Assembly: GCA_002269645.1 (NCBI GenBank)
Contig: NIVC01001024.1
Coordinates: forward strand, 186,001-250,000
DNA: 64,000 bases
Reading direction: 5' to 3'
Origin: Macrostomum lignano
Lineage: Eukaryota
The translations under genes and the position numbers were made by a program. This document shows, in pieces, positions 10,001 through 20,769 of the stretch. The stretch's first letter is position 1. Each line of letters starts with the position of its first letter. The notes under the pieces were generated by a model. That model did not search any database and was not told where the DNA came from. It saw only the letters and a program-made list of their open reading frames with translations.

Positions 10001-11991
10001 AATCATGGCATCTTACATATGCGCGGTTTGCCTTACAGTTGGAGCCCGGAGTCTTGCATGTACTGCAGGCATCGGCGCACTTGTGCTCGGCGTTGGCGCA
10101 GTCGTAGGCCATCTCGCACTTGGGGCAGTAGTGATCGGAGCCGAAAAACGCTGGCAGCTTGGTGACCACATTAAAGTGCTGCTCGACCAGGTGTAGGTGC
10201 AGAATCTCGGTGCCCGGCAGGTTGAAGATGCACCTGTTGGCCTCCTCTGCGCGGTACACGCGTACACCAAAATCGCGCCCCGGATGCAGCCGGTTCAGGG
10301 CTCGGATCGCTTCGGGCAGTGCATCCACGCCGAAAGGACCAGCCTGCGAGACGGTTTGAAGAGTCTGTGTGGAGGGTAAAATATTTCTTTTAGTATTCCT
10401 TATCGTAAAATTTCTTATCAGAAAATTTTAGTATTCCCTGATACTGCGTAAAAATTCTTATCAGAAAAATACTAGAAACTTACCGTGTAGAGGCCTGCCT
10501 CGATTTGTAGCTCAGCCACCAGCTTAGTCTGCGTGGGCGAATTGGCCTTGATCGTGCGCCACAGCCGCTCGGTGATGGACTTGGCCACGAATTGCAGGTA
10601 GGCGCAGGCCACGACCAGAGCGCGCAGCAGGCATCTCTTGTCCGAGTTGGTGATGCGGACATAGTGCCTGGAGAAGGCATGCCGCTCTTCTAGATGCTTG
10701 TTCTCGAGGGCACAGCCACCTCGAGGCACCCAGGCCTTTAGCAGACGGACAGAAAAGTTGCCTGACAATACAGTGGCATCCGACTGCACAATCTTGTCAA
10801 TGTGCTTAAACAACAATTCAGCCGTCATGCGGGCTGCACGCACCGGGGGAGTATGGGCTGCTTTGAGCATATTGTCGCTCTCGAATTTCGCGGCCATAAA
10901 GTCATCACCAGCCAAATCTTGCTTGAAAACTTCGAGCATGTCAGCAAACACCTCCCGCAAATCTTCGGTGTTGGTAATACGCACCACATACTCGACACCC
11001 TTTGCCCTAAACTTGGGCAGGTCACGCTGATTATCCAGCCGGGCCGTAAAACCTGCATGGGGGGAATGGGGGAGTGTGAGTCAGCCCGGGTCTGTGTGGG
11101 AAATGGGGGGCGGGATAACTCACCCGGTCCGGTAACAGATTCCGGCTGTGTTGGCGGGACAAACGCGTCTGAAAAAACACAAGGAGATAAAAAACCAGAA
11201 GAATCTGTCATTTTCCTGGCCCCAGCGTGTTTCCCAGCCCTAGCCCCAGCAATTTCTTAACAGAGTTTACTCTGCTGTCCCCGCAGCAACTCTCTGCAAT
11301 TTCTTATCTGCACCCCCGCTGCAGCCTGTCGCAGCAGTCTTTGTTTACTCACCCCTGCAACTCTCTGTCGCAGCAATTTGCACCTAGCTGCAGCCTGTCT
11401 GGGTAGCGCCCCTGCCAATTTCTTATCAGTCTGTCCCCGCGCTACACAGTCCCAGCAACTCTCTGCCCCCACCCGGCTGTAACTTGTCTAGCCTGCCCCA
11501 ACGATTCTGCAGCAATTTCTTATCTGCCGCAGCACCCTAGCAACTGTCTGTTTTTGCAGCAATTTCTTATCAGCACACCCCTCCCTGTCTAGACAACACC
11601 CCACCCCAGTCTTTGTTTACTCACCCCTGCAACTCTCTGTCGCAGCAATTTGCACCCCAGCTGCAGCCTGTCTGGACAACACCCCCCTAGCAGCAATTTC
11701 TTATCAGCACACACCCGGCTGAAACTTGTCTAGCCCTCCCCTGCAACTCTCTGTTACAGACCCTGCCGCAGCACCCCACCCTAGCAACTCCAGTCTAGAC
11801 CCCTGCAGCTGTCGCAGCAGTCTTTGTTGTTTACTCTGCGGTCCCACAGACCCTGCAGCTGCTGCTGCTGCTCAGCCCCTACCCCCCACCCTAGCAACTA
11901 CAGTCTAGACAGAAATTAATTAAAACTTACCATAAAGACGTTGCCTCTTGTCAGCCAGAAAAGCAGTTGCGGTGGCGCTGCGTTTAGCCAT
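7004..11991 (-). CDS. polB: Protein-primed family B DNA polymerase (Polinton type), 7 exons, 1,269 aa
   Basis: Exons 11991-11931, 11168-11124, 11052-10484, 10343-8445, 8377-7830, 7761-7468 and 7397-7004 total 3,810 nt in frame, all with GT-AG introns. Exo I YYDFET, Exo II HNGSAYD, Exo III YCLQD; motif A DV|VSLYP, motif B KIFLNS|LWGKF, motif C YADTDS|VV; GPKLY; inserted VSR-like FHGCFFHGCPKC. Confidence 0.93.
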
Positions 11992-12229
11992 TTTGCAAAC
12001 AGAGAGCGTGAGAGAGCGGAGAGAGAAGGATTATCTCTCTACCCTGGCTCTGGGGGTCTGTATATATACTAAAAAATCTGCTCAGCTCGCCTGTTATTGG
12101 TCAATCGCCAAAAACCAACCAAAATCATCAAAAATCACCCCCAAAATCATCACCCACCCCACCCTCCATCCGGGGGTATATAAGGCGCTGCACGGCTGTC
12201 AGAGAGCTCTCTGCTGCTGCTGCTAAATC
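11992..12229. promoter_or_regulatory. Putative bidirectional promoter between pPolB and the PC4-like gene
   Basis: Head-to-head ATGs 238 bp apart; TATA-like TATATATA near 12061 and TATATAA near 12178; ATTGG/CAAT near 12095. Confidence 0.55.
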
Positions 12230-12727
12230 ATGTCTTCTATCTCTCTATACGAAAACTTTGTGGCGCGGAAGCCCACATTTGAAACTGAACACAACTTGAT
12301 TGAAATTCGGCGTCTCTACACCAACGAGGCTGGAGTGTGGAAGGACGGCTTCCCTGCAATCTACTTGAGCGAGCCAGAGTGGAAGAAGCTCGAAGCTGCG
12401 CGCCCTGACCTGGAGGCTGCTGCCCGCCTTCACGTGAACAAGCGGGTCCTGTTGGGCAATTTCAAGGCAGTTGAAGCTTCGCGAGGGAGGATCCGTTTGC
12501 TGCGCAATTGGCTCAATCAGGACCCAAAGTTTAATTGGCGCTACACGATCGAATTCACGCCTGAACTGTGGCGCAGGATGTTTGCCGCCCGTTTGGACAA
12601 GCTCTTCAAGCCGGCACCTGAGGCACCCCCTCCAGCCAAGCGAGTCAAGACAGAGGACAATCTGCAGGACTGCCTTGACAGCATCAAACCCTACCCTTGG
12701 GGAAATCTGTTTGACGAGGGTTGCTAA
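12230..12727 (+). CDS. PC4/Sub1-like ssDNA-binding protein, probably a tandem PC4 fold, 165 aa
   Basis: IEIRRLY...WKDG...IYLSEPEWKKL resembles the PC4 pattern (VDIREYY..G..KPG..GISL...QW..L). A second similar unit is IRLLRNW...YTIEFTPELWRRM. NLS-like PAKRVK; TATA upstream. Confidence 0.7.
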   Translation: MSSISLYENFVARKPTFETEHNLIEIRRLYTNEAGVWKDGFPAIYLSEPEWKKLEAARPDLEAAARLHVNKRVLLGNFKAVEASRGRIRLLRNWLNQDPKFNWRYTIEFTPELWRRMFAARLDKLFKPAPEAPPPAKRVKTEDNLQDCLDSIKPYPWGNLFDEGC

Positions 12728-13803
12728 TTGAGGCGTGCCGCATCCGTACAGCGCGAACCCGATTTTGGTAAGCTTAATTTCATATAAATCGTATATAAAT
12801 TACATATAATCTGTCTACATTGAATATTTTTTACTTTGACAGATGTTTCGAGAGCGCTGATGAGGAGGAGACTGCCCTGGCTGAAGATCGCGCTCGAGTT
12901 TGACTGATAAGGGAATTTCTCTTTGTACTCTGTTACTCTCTGCATGCACTGTACTTGGGCCTCGCAACACACTGGGGGGATCCCTCAACTTGGAGAGCTA
13001 CCCTCTGGGGATCCACTAAAACCCTCATTTGGGGTGGGAGCTGCGGTAAAGTTTGACTGGAATTCTCTTTGTATGCGGTCTGTTACTCTACCTCCACTGT
13101 ACATTGGGGCGGGATCCTTCCTCATTTAACACCCCGGAGCGCACTGTGCATTGGGGGGCGGGATTCCTTCATCATTTGACACCCGGGAGCGCACTGTACT
13201 TGGGATCCGCTAAAACCCCTATTTGTATGCGGTCTGTTATTCTGCCCGCCCTGTGCAATGTGAGGGGTCCTTGATAACCCCCCATTTGGGGAGGATTGGA
13301 ATGCTCTCTGCCTGAACTGTACTTGGGATCCCCTTGAAAAAACCTTATTTGGGGCTTGGGGAGGAATGGAATTTCTCTCTGCCCGCACTGTACTGAGGAT
13401 CCCCTCTCGAAACATTGGCCCCTCGTACCCTATTTGGAAGCTATGGGTTGCAGACTAGGAACGCTCCTACCTGAACTGTACTCCGCTAGGATCCCCCGGC
13501 CCTGGGGAGGAATTTCTCTATGTTACTCCGCCCGCACTGTACATTGGGATCCCCCGGCCCTGACTCTGGGGGCGTGTCTCGAATATCCTGGGCTGGATAT
13601 TTTACTTTGCACCTATAAGCTTAATTTTGCATACATATGTTGTATTATACTTAACTTCCAGTGTGTGTATTTTATCCTATGCACTGAAATTTGTACCTGC
13701 GGGTTAATATGCAAAATGTATCGTTTAAAATGCGCCTACATTATATGCTATGTAATTTTCCTGTATTATACTCAATTTGCACCTACATTGTGTGTAAGTA
13801 TGC

Positions 13804-14488
13804 ACCTGCTGTGTGTGTATTTCCACCTATGTAGCGCCTACAGTACCTGCTTTGTCTATTTCTGCCCATGCACCTACATTGTGTGTTTTTGCTGCTCATA
13901 TGCTCCAATATGTATTATGCGTCATTATTCACACCTACCAATATGTTTTATCTACTTTTTATGTAAATATACGCAATTTCATCTACTATAAGTAGTTTTC
14001 ACTAGCCTAATATCGTTGACTACATATCGGGAGAGTGGTAGAGTGTACATATCGGTAGAGTGTACACTCGGGGCGCCTGCGGCTCGGTAGAGTGTACACT
14101 CGGGGTGCCTGCGGCTCGGTAGAGTGTACACTCGGGGTGCCTGCGGCTCGGTAGAGTGTACACTCGGGGTGCTTGCGGCATGGGGCGCCTGCAGCATGGG
14201 GGCCTGCGACATACATATCGGAAGGGTGCGCATACATATCGGGAGGGTACCCCTGCGGGATGGGCGCCTGCTGCTCTGGAGGGTCGCCTGCGGCTCGGGA
14301 GGGTGCACATATCGGGAGGGTGCGCCTGCGGCGCTTGGCGCCACGCGCCTGCGGCGCGCGCGCACCGAGCGCCGATATCGATACGGGTATCGATCACCTA
14401 GTGATCGGGGCGCCAGCCAATGAGAGGCGAGGAGGGTTGACACCCACCCCACCTCCAAAAACGCCCGGAAAACTGCACGTATAGTAGT
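13804..14488 (-). repeat. Right terminal inverted repeat
   Basis: Reverse complement of the left TIR. Confidence 0.9.
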
Positions 14489-14610
14489 CGCCCCTCTCTC
14501 AAATGAAATGGCGCCCCTCTCCCAAATGAAATGGCGCCCCTCACTCAAATGAATTGGCGCCCCTCTCCCAAATGAAATGGCGCCTCTACCTCAAATGAAA
14601 TGGCGCCCCT
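14489..14610. repeat. Right part of the interrupted GGCGCCCC minisatellite
   Basis: Same unit and orientation as 5460-5748. Confidence 0.9.
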
Positions 14611-15319
14611 ATTCTGAAACTTGAGCAGACTTGCACTTGATATTAATAGGTACGTACACTCGAGAGACTTTCTTGAGTTTAGCTTCAAGGGAAATCAGGA
14701 AATCAATCCAGGGTTGCAGATAATCACCTAAAAAGAACCGTCGCTTGTAAACAGTCTGAGTTGTAGATTTTTCTCATTTGAGTTTTCGCGTACTTTGATT
14801 GAGTCGCAAATAAAAATATCTCGGTGTGTTTTTATTTAAACAAGTGACACACCATGGAGTAGAATTGCTCTGGCATAAACATTGACATTCCTTAGCGTCT
14901 ACCTACCCAACAATATTCTGCCTTTTTACTTACACAGCTAAGCTTACAGCTGAGTTAACGGCTAAAAAGAGATTGACACTGCAACAGCGACTGCGTGAAA
15001 AGTGCAAATCGGTGCTGGGCGCCGGCCAGATTGTCTGAAACTCAACAGGCCGCCTTTATGTGACTGACTTGTTGACTGCCGCTGTGACTGGAGTGAGCGA
15101 GTCCAGCGCTTGTTTATGCGCACTGCTGTGGGCCTGAGAACGCGAAGGTTCTACTTCTATGCTCACCTCATCCCCTACCTTTCTCGGGAGTGCGTATTCG
15201 CTAGCTCTCGCTATGCTCGTTCTCGGGTTCCCTACGATTCAAGCTCTTTACCAGTCTACCAGTCTACTTCTCTACATCTCTATGTGCACTCTATCGCTCT
15301 ACCTCCTACAGATCTAATT

Positions 15320-17085
15320 CTCTAAGTCTCTACCACTCTACCTTCTATAGACATACTTCTCTACCACTCTACCACTCTATCTCCTACAGATCTACTTCTC
15401 TACCACTCTAACTTTCTACAGATCTACTTCTCTACTACTCTACCACTCTACCCCCTACAGATCTACTTCTCTACCACTCTACCACTCTACCTTCTGCAGA
15501 TCTACTTCTCTACTTCTCTACCACTCTACCTCCTACAGATTTACTTCTCTACCACTCTACCACTCTACTTTCTGCAGATCTACTTCTCTACTTCTCTACC
15601 ACTCTACCTTCTGCAGATCTACTTCTCTACTTCTCTACCACTCTACCTTCTGCAGATCTACTTCTCTACCACTCTACCTCCTACAGATTTACTTCTCTAC
15701 CACTCTACCACTCTACTTTCTGCAGATCTACTTCTCTACCACTCTACCTTCTGCAGATCTACTTCTCTACTTCTCTACCACTCTACCTCCTACAGATTTA
15801 CTTCTCTACCACTCTACCTTCTGCAGATCTACTTCTCTACCACTCTACCTCCTACAGATTTACTTCTCTACCACTCTACCACTTGTAGAGTGTTCTACCT
15901 CCCGTAAGAAGACATAAAAGTGTTAATGTACTACTCACACATTTTATTTAGTAGTAAATTGAAGAGCATGAATAAAGGTATGCTTTGAACTATAAGTATA
16001 TTCGGACTAACCAATAGGAAGAGAGAGACCTCGAGCATGCTAATTTTAGAAATCACCCAATCACGTGCGACCAACAACTGTCAATTCAAACCCCACCTTC
16101 AAGTCATCATTTTGTTTGCACTCGGGTTGCACCCGGATGAACCAATCAAAGTCTACCAGCTACGGTAACCAATCATGCGCTTTTACAGTAGACTAGTTGC
16201 GCAACTTTCTACCCTGTCATGCTTGACAGCCACCGAATCGTGACCCTTTGACATTTGCGAAGACAGTGATGTACGACCTCGAGAGAGGTCTGAACGCCTA
16301 TAAATACAAGTGGTCCGGAACGGACCCGGAGCCAGAAAATCTCCAAGAGAGAGAAGCTCCGAAGAGGAAGCTCTAGTGAAGCCTTCCTGAAGAAACTCGC
16401 GTCGTGGACGAGTTCTTGCGGTAAGCCTTACTCATTTGCGCCCGTTGGTTGAGACGTCTCGCTCAAGTCTATTGAGACTTGAGTTTATTTGAGTCTGCTG
16501 AGACTCTTGAGTCTGTTTAGACTCCACTGGTTGCAGTCTCCAGAAGGACTGCCCCTGATAGGTCTTAGAAGACTATCAGTGGTTTCCGGAGCTATACCTA
16601 GAGTGCAGAGAGGCACTACTGGAAGGAGTAGGCTTATATTAAACCGCAGTTCGGCGCAGGGATCCCCATTGTTAATTTGGAAGCTTCCTATTGGTCCGAA
16701 CGACAGATTCCGGCCGGAAATACTTCTAAAGGAGAGAAAAGGAACTCGGACCTGATCGACATCTGAAGACGTCTACAAGTCTAAGAGATCTACATAACCG
16801 AACGACTCAAGAACGAAATCAAAGAATCCGGATCAAGGTAATTGAATACCTTCATTTGATTACTGGGTTGCCTAGCTACAGAGCTAGAAGTGATTGTTCC
16901 TTGATTATCGAAGGCAGGTAATAAGGAACACATCACACTCTACTTTCTGCAGATCTACTTCTCTACCACTCTACCTCCTACAGATCTACTTCTCTACTTC
17001 TCTACCACTCTACCTTCTACAGATCTACTTCTCTACCTCTCCATACCTCCCACAGATCTACTTCTCTATCTCTACCTATCTACCT
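15320..17085. repeat. CT-rich minisatellite (CTCTACCACTCTACCTTCTGCAGATCTACTT) interrupted by the 15884-16935 insertion
   Basis: Units at ~15320-15883 and ~16936-17085. Confidence 0.9.
15884..16935 (+). mobile_element. Solo-LTR-like insertion, 1,052 bp, 4-bp TSD
   Basis: TG...CA ends (TGTAGAGTGTT ... AACACATCA) and CACT duplicated at 15880-15883 and 16936-16939; removing it restores the satellite unit. Several CCAAT boxes, TATAAATA at 16299, donor GCG|GTAAGC at 16421. Confidence 0.65.
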
Positions 17086-18236
17086 CTCCACGCACTTTAA
17101 AATAATGCATTTAAAGCTTCGTACAAAAGCTATTATTGCTTAACTGAACTTTTGCTCCACAATGCTGAAACACGGAACGGAACCAGCATGTACATAATTT
17201 AACTGACTGCTTGGTTTAAAACTTTTCCTTCTGCTTTTTTCTGACTCTGTTTTTGTCAATAAACAGCCCAGGAAGCAGGAGTTTAATAAAGTTCAAGACG
17301 ACCTTTTGTTAGTCAATACTTATCGCATTAAAGAAGAGAACTATTAAGGGCAAAGTTACAGTGGCGTGAAAGGCAAGCGGATTGTACGCTCCAGACCTTA
17401 GTGTACTTTGGTTTACAGCCTCGTTCAGGGCCTCGCACATGCGCAACGCATGACTGAGGGTCGAGAGTGGTGGGGGGGGGGGTAAGGGCTGGATTCGGCC
17501 TTGTAGAACATGCAGGGGAAAACAGCGGGGAATCGGGGGATTGACTTTTCCTCCCGAACAGATGATCGCGCCACCGCCCTCTGCAACAGCATGCTTGCTT
17601 GCGGTTCGAGTAAAAAAGTACATTACTACCAGTAGCTAGATCGAACGGGAAATGGAGAACAAGTTCATTAATTTATTCATATTTATTGTAGTTCCACTCG
17701 GAAATTGGGACGCAACCATAAGAGGTCGTTTCAGTGTGGCGAAATAGATCCGGAAATATTCCTGGAAAGTGGAAATGTCATTTTCGGTCATATCAGAGCC
17801 CTGATGACTGACTAAAATAAAAAACAAGGAGCATTTCCAGGAAAAAATATTGAAAGATAAAGTTTGAGAGGAAGTTTTTAGCTTTTCACTAACTGTAGCT
17901 GTACCTGGTGTAATATTTTTTCCTCATATATCTACAAAACAATCGATCTACCATGTCTCAATATGACAATAGTTTCCTAAGAAACGAAGCTTTAATATCA
18001 TTACGTTTTTTCCGCGTATAAAAACCTCTTTTTAAGAAATAAAGGAGAAGCAGTTGTATATGTACGTGACAAAATTGTAGGTCAATGAGAGAAGCTTAAA
18101 CATACTCTTGAAACATGAAGTTTTAAATAAATTGAAAACCATAAAAATCGTATACTATAAGTAGTCTATAATGCAAATAAACTACATAATAACATCGAAG
18201 ATCCGAAAAAAGCGATCCACACATACTGCATCACTT

Positions 18237-19601
18237 GGGTCTACGACGTTTGCCAGCGGGACGTTTGCCAGCCGACGTTTGCCTGCGGGACGTTTGCCAG
18301 CCGACGTTTGCCAGCCGACGTTTGCCTGCCGGAAGTTTGCCAGCCAAAATTTGCTAGCCAATATAAAGCCAGTCAGTGAAAAATTTGATACTGAAACATT
18401 CGCAGTTTAGCGGTTTGACAAAAACCGTTTTTACTCCAACTTTTTGACGGTTATTCGCATGTATACAAGTTTGTAAGCTAAATCTATAAATTATGCAATT
18501 TATGCAAAATCTATATAAATTATGCAATTTATATAGATATAAATTATTATGCAATTTATATAGATTTACATCTAATATCCAGTTTAACAACGATTTTCTT
18601 TGAATGTGAAAATATTGTTTACTTTTGACAATTGTGTATCGTTTTTCCCAGTTTGAGATGTTTGATTTTTGATGTGCGAAAGAAGACGCGCAGAAATTAC
18701 AACGGGAATCTCCAGCGATTTGAGTTATGAGGTAAACAAAAAGAGCTGCTGAGCGGTAATTCTGGCTCATATATTTCTCAGTTCATTGGGAGATCCAAAA
18801 GTAAGCAAATTGATACCAATTCTGTTGTATTACTACTCAAGTAAGCAAGGAAACCGCGATCTCAACGTACATGTGTAGACGAGTCGAATGCGGTACGTTT
18901 TTATAGTAAGCTATATAGCTGAATAGCCAGACAAGCCGCCAGTAGCAAGCTAGTAGAATAGCAAGCGCTAGACACTACGTATGCAAAGCTTAGTCATGCC
19001 AAGGACTACTAAAGTAGAAGTACGCAGCACTCGAAATCTATGAAAAATGTTTTGAAGGCCATAGGGAGATAGGAAGTTTTCATCTTTTCAGCACAACAAT
19101 TGTTATTGCTTTCATACGAGGCAAACCCAATGTTCATCTTTTGATATGTTGTGCCAAAATCGTTGTTAAACTAGATATTAGACGTTAGACTGATGAACTG
19201 CATAATTTATATATTTTGCATAAATTTCATAATTTATAGATTTTGCTTTCAAACTTGTATATATGCGAATAACCGTCAAAAAGTTGGAGTAAAAACGGTT
19301 TTTGTCAAACCGCTAAACTGCGAATGTTTCAGTATCAAATTTTTCACTGACTGGCTTTATATTGGCTAGCAAATTTTGGCTGGCAAACTTCCGGCAGGCA
19401 AACGTCGGCTGGCAAACGTCGGCTGGCAAACATCCGGCAGGCAAACGTCCGGCAGGCAAACTTCGGCTGGCAAACGTCCCACTGGCAAACGTCGGCTGGC
19501 AAACGTCGGCTGGCAAATGTCGGCTGGCAAACGTCCCGCAGGCAAACGTCGGCTGGCAAATGTCGGCTGGCAAACGTCCCGCAGGCAAACGTCGCTATCC
19601 C
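18237..19601. mobile_element. Non-autonomous Mutator (MULE)/foldback-like DNA transposon, 1,365 bp
   Basis: 9-bp TSD GCATCACTT at 18228-18236 and 19602-19610; GGG...CCC ends; ~360-440-bp TIRs starting with tandem CGACGTTTGCC(A/T)GC repeats; no transposase ORF. Confidence 0.85.
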
Positions 19602-19761
19602 GCATCACTTTTCCTACCTCTTAATTTTTGTAGAAATACTAAACTTTTAATACTACTTAGTTAGTAGATCAAAATATATTTCCAAACGCGTCGCCATGGA
19701 TTTTATGGTGATGGAGACAAGCCAAGAGTTCTACATGTACATTATTTTCAGAATCGGTGTT

Positions 19762-20245
19762 GCCAGTGCTCATTTTAGCGCCACAGGCACTCATTTCGGC
19801 GCCGCAGGCACTCATTTCGGCGCCGCAGGCACTCATTTTAGCACCACAGGCACTCATTTTAGCACCACATGCACTCATTTTAGCACCACAGGCACTCATT
19901 TTAGCGCCACAGGCACTCATTTTAGCACCACAGGCACTCATTTTAGCACCACATGCACTCATTTTAGCACCACAGGCACTCATTTTGGCTCCGCAGGCAC
20001 TCATTTTAGCACCACAGGCACTCATTTTAGCACCACATGCACTCATTTTAGCACCACAGGCACTCATTTTGGCTCCGCAGGCACTCATTTTAGCACCACA
20101 GGCACTCATTTTAGCACCACATGCACTCATTTTAGCACCACAGGCACTCATTTTGGCTCCGCAGGCACTCATTTTAGCACCACAGGCACTCATTTTAGCA
20201 CCACATGCACTCATTTTAGCACCACATGCACTCATTTTAGCACCG
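19762..20245. repeat. 21-bp minisatellite (GCACTCATTTTAGCACCACAG); same family as 47130-47505
   Basis: Tandem units giving 7-aa periodic ORFs. Confidence 0.95.
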
Positions 20246-20769
20246 TGGGCGCTATATTTTGTCGCCCTGAATCAAAAGTTTTTATTTCCATAACGGGTCA
20301 TTGACATGCCCCCCATTACTGTAGCTTTTATTGGGGGGGGGACACCCCCCCCTGTCCTCCCGGTGGCGACGCCCTGTACTTTTTTTACCTCAGACTCACT
20401 TTTATTGCAGAAAAAGTAAAGAGAAGAGAGATAGGAGAGACCAGAGACGCAGCAGCCATATAGGAGTAAAAAAGTTGAATTGATACTTTGACTCTAGATA
20501 ATCCCTACAAAGGAAAAACGTACCGCTCTACACGCTAGATAGCGAGCATTTAAGTTTGCCCTTGTAAGTTAACAACACTTCGATCGTGTGCATATAATAG
20601 AAGATTGTTAGCCTACGATATCCAGTTAATATCCTCTGGCTATTTTAATTCTTGCAGTACAGTAAATTTTTATGACAATTGAGCCTATCGTACGCTTTTG
20701 ATTTTCATAGTCTATGGTCTAAACTCTGGTCTTTAGAGCAGCCAATTTGAAAAAAAAACTTTTAAAAAA

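Larger units (their letters stand above)
5749..14488. mobile_element. Minimal Polinton/Maverick-like element (8,740 bp): TIR - pPolB - PC4-like - TIR; no integrase, capsid, ATPase or protease recognised
   Basis: 6-bp TSD CGCCCC at 5743-5748 and 14489-14494. Termini ACTACTA (5749-5755) and TAGTAGT (14482-14488). Imperfect TIRs ~5776-6416 versus ~13804-14460. Contains pPolB and PC4-like genes. Confidence 0.9.

Noticed and set aside
6977-11260. Overlapping + strand and alternate-frame ORFs across pPolB, and 3785-4489 across the BTB gene
   Set aside because: Shadow ORFs of GC-rich coding sequence; no integrase, capsid or other motifs recognised.
12724-13991. ORFs 12724-12972 and 13356-13991 as extra element genes
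   Set aside because: They run through degenerate subterminal repeats and the TIR, and have low-complexity composition.
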